This document shows, one piece after another, positions 13,181 through 24,939 of a stretch of 64,000 nt of DNA (position 1 is the first letter of the stretch; each line of letters opens with the position of its first letter). Location: the NCBI GenBank assembly GCA_004431415.1, contig QPMI01000088.1:1-64000 (forward strand). The letters are read 5' to 3'. Position numbers and translations under genes: made by a program. The notes below the pieces were generated by a model. That model saw only the letters and a list, made by a program, of their open reading frames with translations, had not been told where the DNA came from and did no database searches. Source of the DNA: Cyanophora paradoxa CCMP329 (taxonomy: Eukaryota > Plantae > Glaucophyta).

Positions 13181-13304
13181 CGTAGGGAGGCAGACTGGTA
13201 AACTTCGGTTTAGGTAGATTCGACTACTTGTCTACCTTTGGAAGGGCCCGATAGATTGATGTGTAGTGCCATCAATATATCGTCATTTTTGCAAAAAAAA
13301 AAAA
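13174..13304 (+). other. Highly structured ~130-nt element ending in T5 and A12 (possible retroelement/SINE 3' end or small RNA)
   Basis: Four consecutive hairpins: CCTCCCT/AGGGAGG (13174-13190), TAAAC-TTCG-GTTTA (13199-13212), AGGTAGA/TCTACCT (13212-13237) and CGATAGATTGATG/CATCAATATATCG (13249-13282). These are followed by TTTTT and A12 (13293-13304). Confidence 0.4.
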
Positions 13305-14277
13305 TCAGCTCGCTTCCTCGCCCGCTGCCCCGCCTGCTGCCTCAGCTTCGTCGACTCCAGGTTCGCCCCGCCACTGCTGCTACGTATACGCACCTGACCT
13401 GACCGACCACGCTGAGCCCGGCCCCCGCATGGTCGCTGTCGGGGGAGAGCTGACGCCTCGGCCCTGCGCAGGCTATGCGGAGGGCCCGGCGGCACCTGCT
13501 GCTCCTAGCTCCTGTGCCCCCTTCCGCCGCCGCCCTCGCCGCCGCCTCTCTCCGGATCCCCACCCCACCCGCCCACCTCGATCGCGACACTGTGACACCC
13601 CGCCGGCCTCGCCTGGCCGCCTGCCTCCCTCCCCTCCCTCCCTCCCCCCCTCCCTCCCCCCCCCCAAAGTACCCTGCAATGAGTCAAGTACCCCCCCTTG
13701 CACCTCCGCGCGCGGCCCGCACTTGCCGCACTTGCACAGGCCCGGGCGCGGTCTGCTAGTTATAATATAAGCTGCACCATGCCACGTCCGGTCCTGGCCC
13801 TGAAGGGCCAAACCCTTAAATTAATCCTTGAGCGCTAGTGCAAAACCCTTCAGCATTTAAGCGCCCTGCCACCTCATGATCATGATCAATCCTTGCCGCC
13901 GCTCCCTTTCAGCCCTTGAGCGCCGAATTCGAACCTTTCAACCCTAGAGGCCGCGCCCTCTTGGCCTCCTGGGCCGGGTTCGCTGGGCCGGTCAGCTGCC
14001 GCCCCCCTCGAGGCCCGCGGCAGGTACGTATGCATGCCCAACCTGCCGCGACCTCCGTGACCATGATCTCGCGCCCGTGACATATGCATGCCTAACAGAT
14101 TCAAATTCAGATCAAGAAGCGAAGACAGAAGCAAAGACAACAGATTCAGATCACGCTATGATCTAGAGGCGACGAGATCAGTGAGAAAACTCAAGATCGA
14201 GTTGTGCGTTCGCAAGGGACGAAGGGACGTCGACTGGGCCATGAAAGGCAGTCACGATCGTTGGTAAATATAAAGAA

Positions 14278-17200
14278 TTAGCGGAAGCTGGTCGAGGACT
14301 CCGGATCCGAGCTCGAGACCACACCATCATGTTCATGACCACCAGCTGCAGCTGCAGACCCGATGCTTACGTCGATATTGATCGACATGCCGACCGAAAT
14401 GATCGGAAGCATCACGTCGCGGTCAGGGGAAGAAACGACGTCGACTGCCAGGTGCATGCCCCACGACATGAGGGCATTCTGGAGCATCCTTTTGGCGCTC
14501 AACTGCGGTGGGCCAGAAAGATCGGACACCAGCAATCGTTCAGCATCGCTCATCTTGAAATGAAAACAAAATTCAGTTCTAGGAAGAACGATTTAGCAAG
14601 GTACCGCACCTGTCCAAGCTGCTCTCCTTGCATGACTCGGACACCAACTTTGAGCTCGCCCTTCTTGCGTTTCATGAGACCCCAGCTCGATACGACCAAA
14701 GTAAGGGCGCGGCAGAGCCTCCGCAGCTCGGAATCTCTGCGGGCCGACAAGGTGAGCTCGCGATCGAGCGGAGGTGGTCCAAGGGGGCCGGGGCCGCGGC
14801 CGGAGACGAACTGGGCCTCGATGACGTCGTCCCAGCAGATGACAACGTAGGCAAGCATCTCCGTGCAGAGGCGCACGCGCGTGTACGCCGCTGCCCCGCG
14901 CCTGTCCAAGCAGAGGGCGCTGGGGAAGGCCTTCCCCATCCATGCACGAATCCTGTCCGACAGGCCTGCAGCGCAAGGGCCGGGGGTGAGCTCGAGCGTC
15001 GGCCACGTACATGCACAGGCGAATGTTACGTACTCGAGGCAACGCAGCCGACGTGACTCTCGAAGAGCTTGGCGGCCTCGTCGAACTTCGCCGGGTCCTT
15101 CATCACTGCTGCGGCGCTCTTGATGGGCGCGATCATCTCCTCCAGGCCAGCCTCGCCGGCGTACGAAGCCACTGGCGCGAAGACAATGTGCGGATCCTGC
15201 CGAGGAATGAACAGGCGGCGAATTCGAAGCTCTCGCGAGCTGGGGTGCCCGAGCTCAAACCTCCAAAAGCCAGCTGGCCGCCCACTGCACCATGATGCAG
15301 GCCTCGTTGTTGGAGATGTGGCGGAAGCCGGGGCCCGGCTCAAGCTTCAACACTGCGAGATTGCAAAGAAGTCAAGGAAAAGCCAAAAAAGATTTATATA
15401 TTCATTCGAAAGGAAATTATAGGAAATTATAGTTAGTGAGTACTGGTCTGGGCGCACGCTCTGGGCAATATAATTAATTATAACGTTGACTAGAGCGCAC
15501 GCTTGGGAGCTGGTGTGTGGACGTCGCCGCGGGGGTGCCCCGCGAAGGAGACACGCGGGGCTACGTCTAGCTTTACAGTTCGGTTCCTGTGATTGAAGCC
15601 GGCAATGTACTGCGTCGCGAACTCCTCCTGCTCGGGACTCTCTGCGCGGTACTGGATGCAGATGTGGTCTTTCTCGCCCTTGAGGACGACGAACACGTTG
15701 CTGCAGACGCGGCTCGCCAGCTGGCACTCCTCGAGCTCCACTCCGATGGACCGCAGGGAGGCCTCGAGGTCGGGGCCACGGGGGCTCGAGCCGGATGCCG
15801 GTTGCCGGAGCCCGACGAGCTCGGCGGACGCCTGGTGCAGCGACTCGAAGGCCTCCAGGGTCTTGCTGCCGGTGTAGTCGACAAAGAAGCAGGCCGACCG
15901 CCCCTCCTCGGGGTCGCGGTCAACGACGACGTAGGAGAAGCGTGCCTTCTCCAGCGCCGGCTCCAGCTGCTGGAGGACAGGGGCCCCGCGCGCGCCGGCT
16001 GCCTGCAGCGCGTGCTCATGGACCATCGCGAGCCGACACGCGAGGCCGTCCCTCATAGCCGCTGGACGCCCGTCTCGAGGACGTTGCACATTCTCGAAGG
16101 TCTTGCAGGCTTGGTGGAAAGCTTTGCGACGCGCCCCTCGCCCGAAGCACTGCGCCTCATTGTGCTCCTGCAGCAAGCGATTGACATTGCGAACGTTGCG
16201 TTGCGAGAGAGCGAGCTCGAGGAAGAGTACGTGAACGCACTGTTTGCGATGCAGAAGCGTCTTGGCCTCGAGAGGGATGGCCCTAATCATGAGTTGGACT
16301 TGAGAGAAGAGGGGCAAGGCAGGCGGGTGGATAAGACGAGCTTCACGCACGAGCTTTGCGATGAGCTTGTCAAGGGACGCGGGTTCGTCATTCCACACCA
16401 CCGGCTCTGGCGCGAGCTACAGATTGCAAACAGGTGAGCTTAAAGCGAGGAGGGCAGGTCCCGGGGGCCGGGATGCTGGGGACCTCCTCGAGGAGCCTGG
16501 GGACGCTGGCTGCTGGCCGCCCCCGCTTCCGCCATGCATATGTCGCCATGTCGGCCGGAGCTTGCACTGTAGCGCCCTCCCCGCCGGCGAGAGCTGCTCT
16601 GATCGGGTCCTTCCCCTGAAGCTCGCAATCGCTGGTCAGAAAGGGCGCCGAGAGCAAAGTACTAGTGAAGTGGACCTTGGAGGACGCGGGGTCGACGTAG
16701 CCCAGGTTGGAGATGTCCGCCAGAATCTCCCTCCGCTGAGCCTTGGGGGCGGTCTCTGAGGAAGGCGACGCCGGCGCCTGCGCATGCAAGCACAGTGAGG
16801 CGGCCGCGGCGGCGCCTTCCCCGCATACAGCAGCGCACAGGAGCTTCGTTCTCGTTGCCGCGCCAGTTCGACGGCCCGGCAACCGGCCCAGGAGTCAGGG
16901 GCTCTTTCCGCTTGCGGGTACCCTTCTGCCCGGCCCGAGCCTGAGGTACGGTAGCGGTGTGTGCTTGAGGGCATGCAACGCTCACCGGCAAAAGTCTCGG
17001 GGGGGTCACCGGGGGTAGAGGATCTGGAGCATGAGGCGCCGTCCGCTCCTCTAGACCTTCATCCTCCTGCCATATCACCTAGACCTCGCTGGATCAGGTC
17101 CGAGGAGATCTAGATGAAGATCTGGGGAGATCTAGATGAAGGGATGGGGGGAGGGATTGGGGAGGGGGGCGGAAGGGGGGGGGGTGGAGGGGGGCGGAAA

Positions 17201-20200
17201 AGGGGGGGGGGGAGGGGGGTTAGCGCTGAGCAGACCGGTTCGTGCTCGTCGGCGTTGGCGGGAAAGTCAGTATATGCACCGGGCCCGTCGCCTCCTCCAC
17301 CAACGGGGGAAGCAGCGTCCAGCACCGACTGCTGATCACGAAGCTTCATCAGCAAAGCAACTTAAACATCTGAAGAGGCTCGCCAGGCGCGGCAGCCAGC
17401 TAAAGGCGCGGCAGAGGTGGTAACCTGGTCCGCGTGGGCCTGGTCCTGCGCATGCGAGCGAGCACCAGTGTCTGCGGCCATCTGCGATGCCGCATCCCTC
17501 GCCTCCTCCTCCAGGCGATCGACATCGTCGCTCACGAGAACCTGGTTCATGATAAGCCGGCAAGGGCGACGGGTTCACGTGCATGAGGATGCGGCGCCCC
17601 CACCCACGGGGAGGCGTGCGCTGCAACGCACAGAGATGTCGATGCTGCAGTTTACAATTGAGGGCAGAGACTGCTCCTCGCGAGCGAGACGGGCGCGCCG
17701 GCGCTCTTGGCGATTCTCGACACCCGGACTCCGTGCCAGTGACTGCAGCACAGCACTAGTGAGGCCGATCGCGAGTAGGTTTGGTGGCAGCGATCGGAGC
17801 GCACCTTCCGCTTCGACCTGCCCCCCGCCGTTTCGTCGCCATCTCCATCCTCGTCCTGGCCGCCCTCGTCCCCCGGGACCTGGCCCCGCACCTCCTCCAC
17901 GGCCCTGCGCGGCGGATCGAGGGGGCCGACGAAGGAAGGTAGGGGCGGGGTACCATGATCCGAGAGGATTCGGCTGCAGCTGCAGGCTCCCCGCGGGAGG
18001 TGAAGGGGGAGGGGGAGGAGAAGGATTCGGAGGGGGAAGGGAGACGCTGGCCTTGCGGGCCTCGGCCGCCTCGCGCGCCTTGGCCGCCGCCATGCGCGCG
18101 GCGGTGCGCGCCCGGGCTGCATCCGCCACACAGCCTAGCAGCCAGTTGACGTCGACGCGCCCATGGAGGGCTGGGGCGCCCGCGGCCGCCGCCGCCCCAG
18201 CAGACGCAGCCGCCGCGGCTGCCTTCCCTGCCTCCAGTGCGGTCGCCTCGTGGGCCCTTACGGCCTCGAGCGCCGCATCCGCCTTGGCCTCCTCCGTGCT
18301 GGCCTCCTCTGCCGCCAGCGCCGCCTCCTCGGCGCTGCTCGCCCCCTCCGCTTTGCCCGCCGCCGTCTCGGCTGCTGCGGCCGCCGCCTTCGCCTTCGCA
18401 GCTTCCTCCACGGCGGCCGCCGTGGCGGACTCCAGCGCGGCGAGAGCTTCGACGACGCCGGCCTGGCGCCGCGTGAGGACGGCGCGGAACGGGCGGCGGC
18501 GGCGGGGCGCACGTCGAGACCGCGGCGGCCCTCCTCGTTCTGTCCGCCCGCGTCCCCCGGGACCTGGCCCCGCACCTCCTCCACGGCCCTGCGCGGCGGA
18601 TCGAGGGGGCCGACGAAGGAAGGTAGGGGCGGGGTACCATGATCCGAGAGGATTCGGCTGCGGCTGCAGGCTCCCCGCGGGAGGTGAAGGGGGAGGGGGA
18701 GGAGAAGGATTCGGAGGGGGAAGGGAGACGCTGGCCTTGCGGGCCTCGGCCGCCTCGCGCGCCTTGGCCGCCGCCATGCGCGCGGCGGTGCGCGCCCGGG
18801 CTGCCTCCGCCACACAGCCTAGCAGCCAGTTGACGTCGACGCGCCCATGGAGGGCTGGGGCGCCCGCGGCCGCCGCCGCCCCAGCAGACGCAGCCGCCGC
18901 GGCCGCCTTCCCTGCCTCCAGTGCGGTCGCCTCGTGGGCCCTTACGGCCTCGAGCGCCGCATCCGCCTTGGCCTCCTCCGTGCTGGCCTCCTCTGCCGCC
19001 AGCGCCGCCTCCTCGGCGCTGCTCGCCCCCTCCGCTTTGCCCGCCGCCGTCTCGGCTGCTGCGGCCGCCGCCTTCGCCTTCGCAGCTTCCTCCACGGCGG
19101 CCGCCGTGGCGGACTCCAGCGCGGCGAGAGCTTCGACGACGCCGGCCTGGCGCCGCGTGAGGACGGCGCGGAACGGGCGGCGGCGGCGGGGCGCACGTCG
19201 AGACCGCGTCCGCCCTCCTCGTTCTGTCCGCCCGCGTCCCCCGGGACCTGGCCCCGCACCTCCTCCACGGCCCTGCGCGGCGGATCGAGGGGGCCGACGA
19301 AGGAAGGTAGGGGCGGGGTACCATGATCCGAGAGGATTCGGCTGCAGCTGCAGGCTCCCCGCGGGAGGTGAAGGGGGAGGGGGAGGAGAAGGATTCGGAG
19401 GGGGAAGGGAGACGCTGGCCTTGCGGGCCTCGGCCGCCTCGCGCGCCTTGGCCGCCGCCATGCGCGCGGCGGTGCGCGCCCGGGCTGCCTCCGCCACACA
19501 GCCTAGCAGCCAGTTGACGTCGACGCGCCCATGAAGGGCTGGGGCGCCCGCGGCCGCCGCCGCCCCAGCAGACGCAGCCGCCGCGGCCGCCTTCCCTGCC
19601 TCCAGTGCGGTCGCCTCGTGGGCCCTTACGGCCTCGAGCGCCGCATCCGCCTTGGCCTCCTCCGTGCTGGCCTCCTCTGCCGCCAGCGCCGCCTCCTCGG
19701 CGCTGCCCGCCCCCTCCGCCTTGCCCGCCGCCGTCTCGGCTGCTGCGGCCGCCGCCTTCACCTTCGCAGCTTCATCCACGGCGGCCGCCGTGGCGGACTC
19801 CAGCGCGGCGAGAGCTTCGACGACGCCGGCCTGGCGCCGCGTGAGGACGGCGCGGAACGGGCGGCGGCGGCGGGCGCACGTCGAGACCGCGGCGGCCCTC
19901 CTCGTTCTGTCCGCCCGCGTCCCCCGGGACCTGGCCCGCACCTCCTCCACGGCCCTGCGCGGCGGATCGAGGGGCCGACGAAGGAAGGTAGGGGCGGGGT
20001 ACCATGATCCGAGAGGATTCGGCTGCAGCTGCAGGCTCCCCGCGGGAGGTGAAGGGGGGGGGGGAGGAGAAGGATTCGGAGGGGGAAGGGAGACGCTGGC
20101 CTTGCGGGCCTCGGCCGCCTCGCGCGCCTTGGCCGCCGCCATGCGCGCGGCGGTGCGCGCCCGGGCTGCCTCCGCCACACAGCCTAGCAGCCAGTTGACG

Positions 20201-23200
20201 TCGACGCGCCCATGGAGGGCTGGGGCGCCCGCGGCCGCCGCCGCCCCAGCAGACGCAGCCGCCGCGGCCGCCTTCCCTGCCTCCAGTGCGGTCGCCTCGT
20301 GGGCCCTTACGGCCTCGAGCGCCGCATCCGCCTTGGCCTCCTCCGTGCTGGCCTCCTCTGCCGCCAGCGCCGCCTCCTCGGCGCTGCTCGCCCCCTCCGC
20401 CTTGCCCGCCGCCGTCTCGGCTGCTGCGGCCGCCGCCTTCACCTTCGCAGCTTCATCCACGGCGGCCGCCGTGGCGGACTCCAGCGCGGCGAGAGCTTCG
20501 ACGACGCCGGCCTGGCGCCGCGTGAGGACGGCGCGGAACGGGCGGCGGCGGCGGGGCGCACGTCGAGACCGCGGCGGCCCTCCTCGTTCTGTCCGCCCGC
20601 GTCCCCCGGGACCTGGCCCCGCACCTCCTCCACGGCCCTGCGCGGCGGATCGAGGGGGCCGACGAAGGAAGGTAGGGGCGGGGTACCATGATCCGAGAGG
20701 ATTCGGCTGCAGCTGCAGGCTCCCCGCGGGAGGTGAAGGGGAGGGGGAGGAGAAGGATTCGGAGGGGAAGGGAGACGCTGGCCTTGCGGGCCTCGGCCGC
20801 CTCGCGCGCCTTGGCCGCCGCCATGCGCGCGGCGGTGCGCGCCCGGGCTGCCTCCGCCACACAGCCTAGCAGCCAGTTGACGTCGACGCGCCCATGGAGG
20901 GCTGGGGCGCCCGCGGCCGCCGCCGCCCCAGCAGACGCAGCCGCCGCGGCCGCCTTCCCTGCCTCCAGTGCGGTCGCCTCGTGGGCCCTTACGGCCTCGA
21001 GCGCCGCATCCGCCTTGGCCTCCTCCGTGCTGGCCTCCTCTGCCGCCAGCGCCGCCTCCTCGGCGCTGCTCGCCCCCTCCGCCTTGCCCGCCGCCGTCTC
21101 GGCCGCCGCCGCCGCCGCCTTCGCCTTCGCAGCTTCCTCCACGGCGGCCGCCGTGGCGGACTCCAGCGCGGCGAGAGCTTCGACGACGCCGGCCTGGCGC
21201 CGCGTGAGGACGGCGCGGAACGGGCGGCGGCGGCGGGGCGCACGTCGAGACCGCGTCCGCCCTCCTCGTTCTGTCCGCCCGCGTCCCCCGGGACCTGGCC
21301 CCGCACCTCCTCCACGGCCCTGCGCGGCGGATCCCCGGCCCCGGCGGCAACCCCATCCCCCTCCGTCGAGACGCCCTCTTCCTGCAGGCCGCGCTCCTGG
21401 CAGCTCTGCGGGGCACGTCAGCGTCGCCGACTGGGCGGCAGACGCGCGTGCAGGGATGCACATTCTTGCCCTCGCGATCAGCGTCGTCCACAGAAGGGCC
21501 GCCACTCTCGGCGGAGCGACTCGGGGTGCTCGCCTCGTCGGTAACCGCGTCCGGCTGCGGAGAGGCGACAGGCGTCAGCCCTGGTGGGTCGGCGAGGGAC
21601 GCGGGGGGGGGGGGGGGGGGGGGGGGGAAGGGGGGGGAGGCGGAGGGGGGGGGGGGGCTCACTTCAATGGACGATCGCAAACGGAGCTCCCGGGCATCTT
21701 GTGGAACTTCATTAACGTTGGGCGCCCGAACAGCCTGTGCGATAGAATCAGTTGTCAATTGCGGTTCGAATCAGCGAACGGCATTAGCTGTGGCGAAGGC
21801 GGCACCTGCATTGCTAGCCGGCCGTTCGGCTGCGGATCAGTGGCGAGGTTGGCTTGTCTGCGGCCGCGGCCGGCCACGTCGGAGTGATGCGCATCCTGAT
21901 CATGAATGCGTCTTTTGTCGACCTCCGCAGCCTTCTTCTGCACGATTGTTTGCTCGATCGGCCCGGCTCAACTTGCAATTGAGCTAGCCAACGCACCAAG
22001 TTCTGAATTAGCTTCTTGATCTCTTCCCGCTTTCGTGTGACAATGTCCTTCGAAAACCAGTCCTCCCGCTCGAGCTGCATGTACATGTGTACGTATACGT
22101 GCAGATGCGCATGGGCGCGGACAAAAACGATGCTCACCACAAGGATTCGACGCCCATGATCAGCCTGGTCCACGATGCCCGCGAGGTCGAGGGGCTGCTC
22201 CAAAAATTGCTCGATGCACACCAGCACAGAGGAGCCGCAGTCGTTGGACCCATCAGCCTGTCTTGGCACCTGCGGCACCCTCCACATCAACCGCCGCCCC
22301 AGTGCGAGAATGCTTGCCCGCGCACCTTGACATGCACTTTCAGGAGGGGAGCCGGCAGGCCCGTCGAACGAGCCGGCGTCGCGGCTTGCGCAGTCAGAGC
22401 TTTTGCTACATGTACAGCGTAGCATCAGAGTCGGAGAATGTTAGACAGGGCGGCGCCGGCAACGCCGGATTTCGCACCAGATCTAGAGCCTGAGGAGATG
22501 GAGGCGGGAGCAGCGCAATAGTCCTTCCACGCCTCTTTCACGTATCTGGTCATGAACGGGGCGACATGATCAGGCAAGATCTAGATAGAGGGCTGTCCAA
22601 TCCAAGGCAGAAGCAAGCTTTAGAGGGCGCACTGCTCGATGTGGCCGAGGGCCGCCCGGGCCAGCTCGTTGAACAAGCCGAGGGAGCAGAGGTGAAGGAT
22701 GCAGGGCCGCTTGTGCAGCTCTAGCTGACTCACGTCGGAAACACCGAATTCCTTTAGGTTGCAAACGATTGCCAAGGTCCAGTGCAGACTGCGGAGCCGT
22801 TATAATTATACAATTAATATAAGGCGCGCAGCTGAGGTTTTGCGCTGAAAAACTACGGACGGGTTTTCGGAATGAATGATCACAAACAGGTAGTCGGTGT
22901 TGAAGATGGCTGCCTTGCGCGTCCAGTTGCGAAGTCCTTTGCACTCCGGATATCGATAAGGATCCTGTATGGGCGAAATATGCAAGTTCAGAGAAGCGCC
23001 TCCGTTTTCGAACTCGGCTAGATGTGCAAAAGACGGAGACCTTAAGCTTGCAATTGGCAAAGATGGCCATCAAAGAGGAGTTGAGGCAGAGGAAGCGCAG
23101 GGGCTCCTTGCCGCGTTCCACCCGCCGCTCGTTCTCCTCCGGTATAACACAAATCTCCATGTGCCTTCCCGCGGGTCAAGGGGGAAAGGGAGGGGGGGGG

Positions 23201-24789
23201 GGGGGGGGGGGGGTATTAGACAGAAAGAGCACACCGACAGCAAAGATTGATGATATTGTCAGTGAACATTCTGCCCGGCTCCAGCCGTTCGACGTCCGCC
23301 TTCGTAAGCATCTGCGCATGCGGACCGACCCCGCGCTTAGTCCAAGGCTGGGTAATTCAAGCTTAAGGGCCAAAGCGAAGCTGGTGAGGGAAAAACTCAC
23401 AACAGGATCATGCCCGTTTGGAGGATAAACGAGAACAAAAGGTTCGGAAGCGGCAGCCTCCTCTTCCGAATCCGAATCCAGCTGCAGAGCCGCAGCAGGC
23501 GTCAGCCCGGGCGGGTAGCTATAGGCCGTGGACGTCGAAGGGGAACACACGACAATTGTGTCTGCTGCGACGCCCCCGGCCGCCGGCCGGCGCTGCCCGC
23601 TGGGGCGCCCTTCCGGATCCGCCCCGCCCCCGTCGCCCGCCTCCACATCCGAGCCCTCCACGTCGAGCTCGCCCGCGCCCTCCGCGCCCTGCTGCTGCTC
23701 CTCCTTCTCAACTTTGTCTTCCCCGTTGGGCCGCCGGCGGGCCGCGGCCGCCGCCGTGTTGGACGCCAGCGCGGCAAGAGCTTCGACGTCGACGACGCCG
23801 GCCTGGCGCCGCGTGAGGACCGCGCGGAACGGGCGGCGGCGGCGTGGCGCACGCCGGGGCTGTTGGTGCTCTCCTCGCCCTGGCCGCCCCCGGCCCCCGG
23901 GACCGGGCCCTGCGCCTCCTCCACGGCCCTGCGCGGCGGGTCGAGGGGGCTGACGGACGAGAGAAGGGGCAGGGTACCGTGATCCGAGAGGATTCGAATT
24001 CGGCTGCGGGCTCCCCGCGGGAGGGGAAGGAGAAGGGGGAGGGGGAGGGGAAGGAAGGGGAAGGGAGACGCTGGCCTTGCAGGCCTCGGCCGCCTCGCGC
24101 GCCTTTGCTGCCGCCGTGCGCGCGGCGGCGCGCGCCTGGGCTGCCTCCGCCACACAGCCTTCAAGCCAGCTGACGTCGACGCGCCCACGGAGATCTGGGG
24201 CGCCCGCGGCCGCCGCCGCCCCAGCAGACCCAGCCGCCGCGGCCGCCTTCCCTGCCTCCAGTGCGGTCGCCTCGTGGGCCCTTACGGCCTCGAGCGCCGC
24301 ATCCGCCTTGGCCTCCTCCGTGCTGGCCTCCTCCGTGCTGGCCTCCTCTGCCGCCAGCGCCGCCTCTTCAGCACTGCTCGCCCCCTCCGCCTTGCCCGCC
24401 GCCGTCTCGGCCGCCGCCGCCGCCGCCTTCGCCTTCGCAGCTTCCTCCACGGCCGCCGCCGTGGCGGACTCCAGCGCGGCGAGAGCTTCGACGACGCCGG
24501 CCTGGCGCCGCGTGAGGACCGCGCGGAACGGGCGGCGGCGGCGGGGCGCACGTCGAGACCGCGGACGCCCTCCTCGTTCTGGCCGCCCGCGTCCCCCGGG
24601 ACCTGGCCCTGCGCCTCCTCCACGGCACCGCGCGGCGGATCCCCAGCCCCGGCGGCAACCCCATCCCCCTCCGTCGTGACGCCATCCGCATGCAGGCCAG
24701 GCCCCTGGCGGCTCTGTTGGGCCGTCGTTTCGGCCGCGACCGCTGCCGACGTGTCCGAGTTCATCTCTCCATGGCCAATGGCCAACCGC
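14278..24789 (-). CDS. Large multi-exon gene: Ulp1/SENP-like (peptidase C48) domain at ~21990-23430, Ala/Glu-rich repeats, and an uncharacterised C-terminal region
   Basis: Manual splicing at GT..AG introns gives ...VLVYPPNGHDPV..., ...YPECKGLRNWTRKAAIFNTDYLFVIIHSENPLHWTLAIVCN..., RPCILHLCSLG, VPRQADGSNDCGSSVLVCIEQF and DWFSKDIVTRKREEIKKLIQNL, which is the motif order of Ulp2/SENP6-7-type SUMO proteases. Plausible in-frame introns link exons down to STSFR* at 14278. The 5' end is uncertain. Confidence 0.7.
17867..21332 (-). repeat. Five tandem ~684-bp coding repeats, each with two exon parts and two introns; diverged sister copy at ~23760-24640
   Basis: The anchor GTACCATGATCC occurs at 17951, 18635, 19319, 20000 and 20684. 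Each unit contains minus-strand introns GTACCCC..CGCAG (49 nt) and GTGCGCC..CTCAC..CCAG (50 nt). Confidence 0.95.
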
Positions 24790-24939
24790 TGCTGACGTGT
24801 GACAGTCCCCTGCTGCGAGGATGGATGCATATGGCCAAAGCGTGCGACTCCACGCGAGAGGCCTAGGTCCTCGCTGCAGCTATGGAAGCTTTGTGAACGA
24901 TGCGCTTTTATGTATATTAGAATCTTAACAAAATACTGA

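Noticed and set aside
1-13217. Dozens of short repeated ORFs (MHVRFRTEL..., MSDFVQSC...)
   Set aside because: These are translations of the satellite; frames shift with homopolymer indels and show no codon bias or domain.
13808-13850. Telomere-like AAACCCT motifs
   Set aside because: Only two isolated, non-tandem occurrences.
17417-19534. 705-aa plus-strand ORF and other long antisense ORFs (e.g. 42474-44033, 53795-56143, 56991-58619)
   Set aside because: Antisense shadows of GC-rich coding or repeat sequence; the real genes lie on the other strand.
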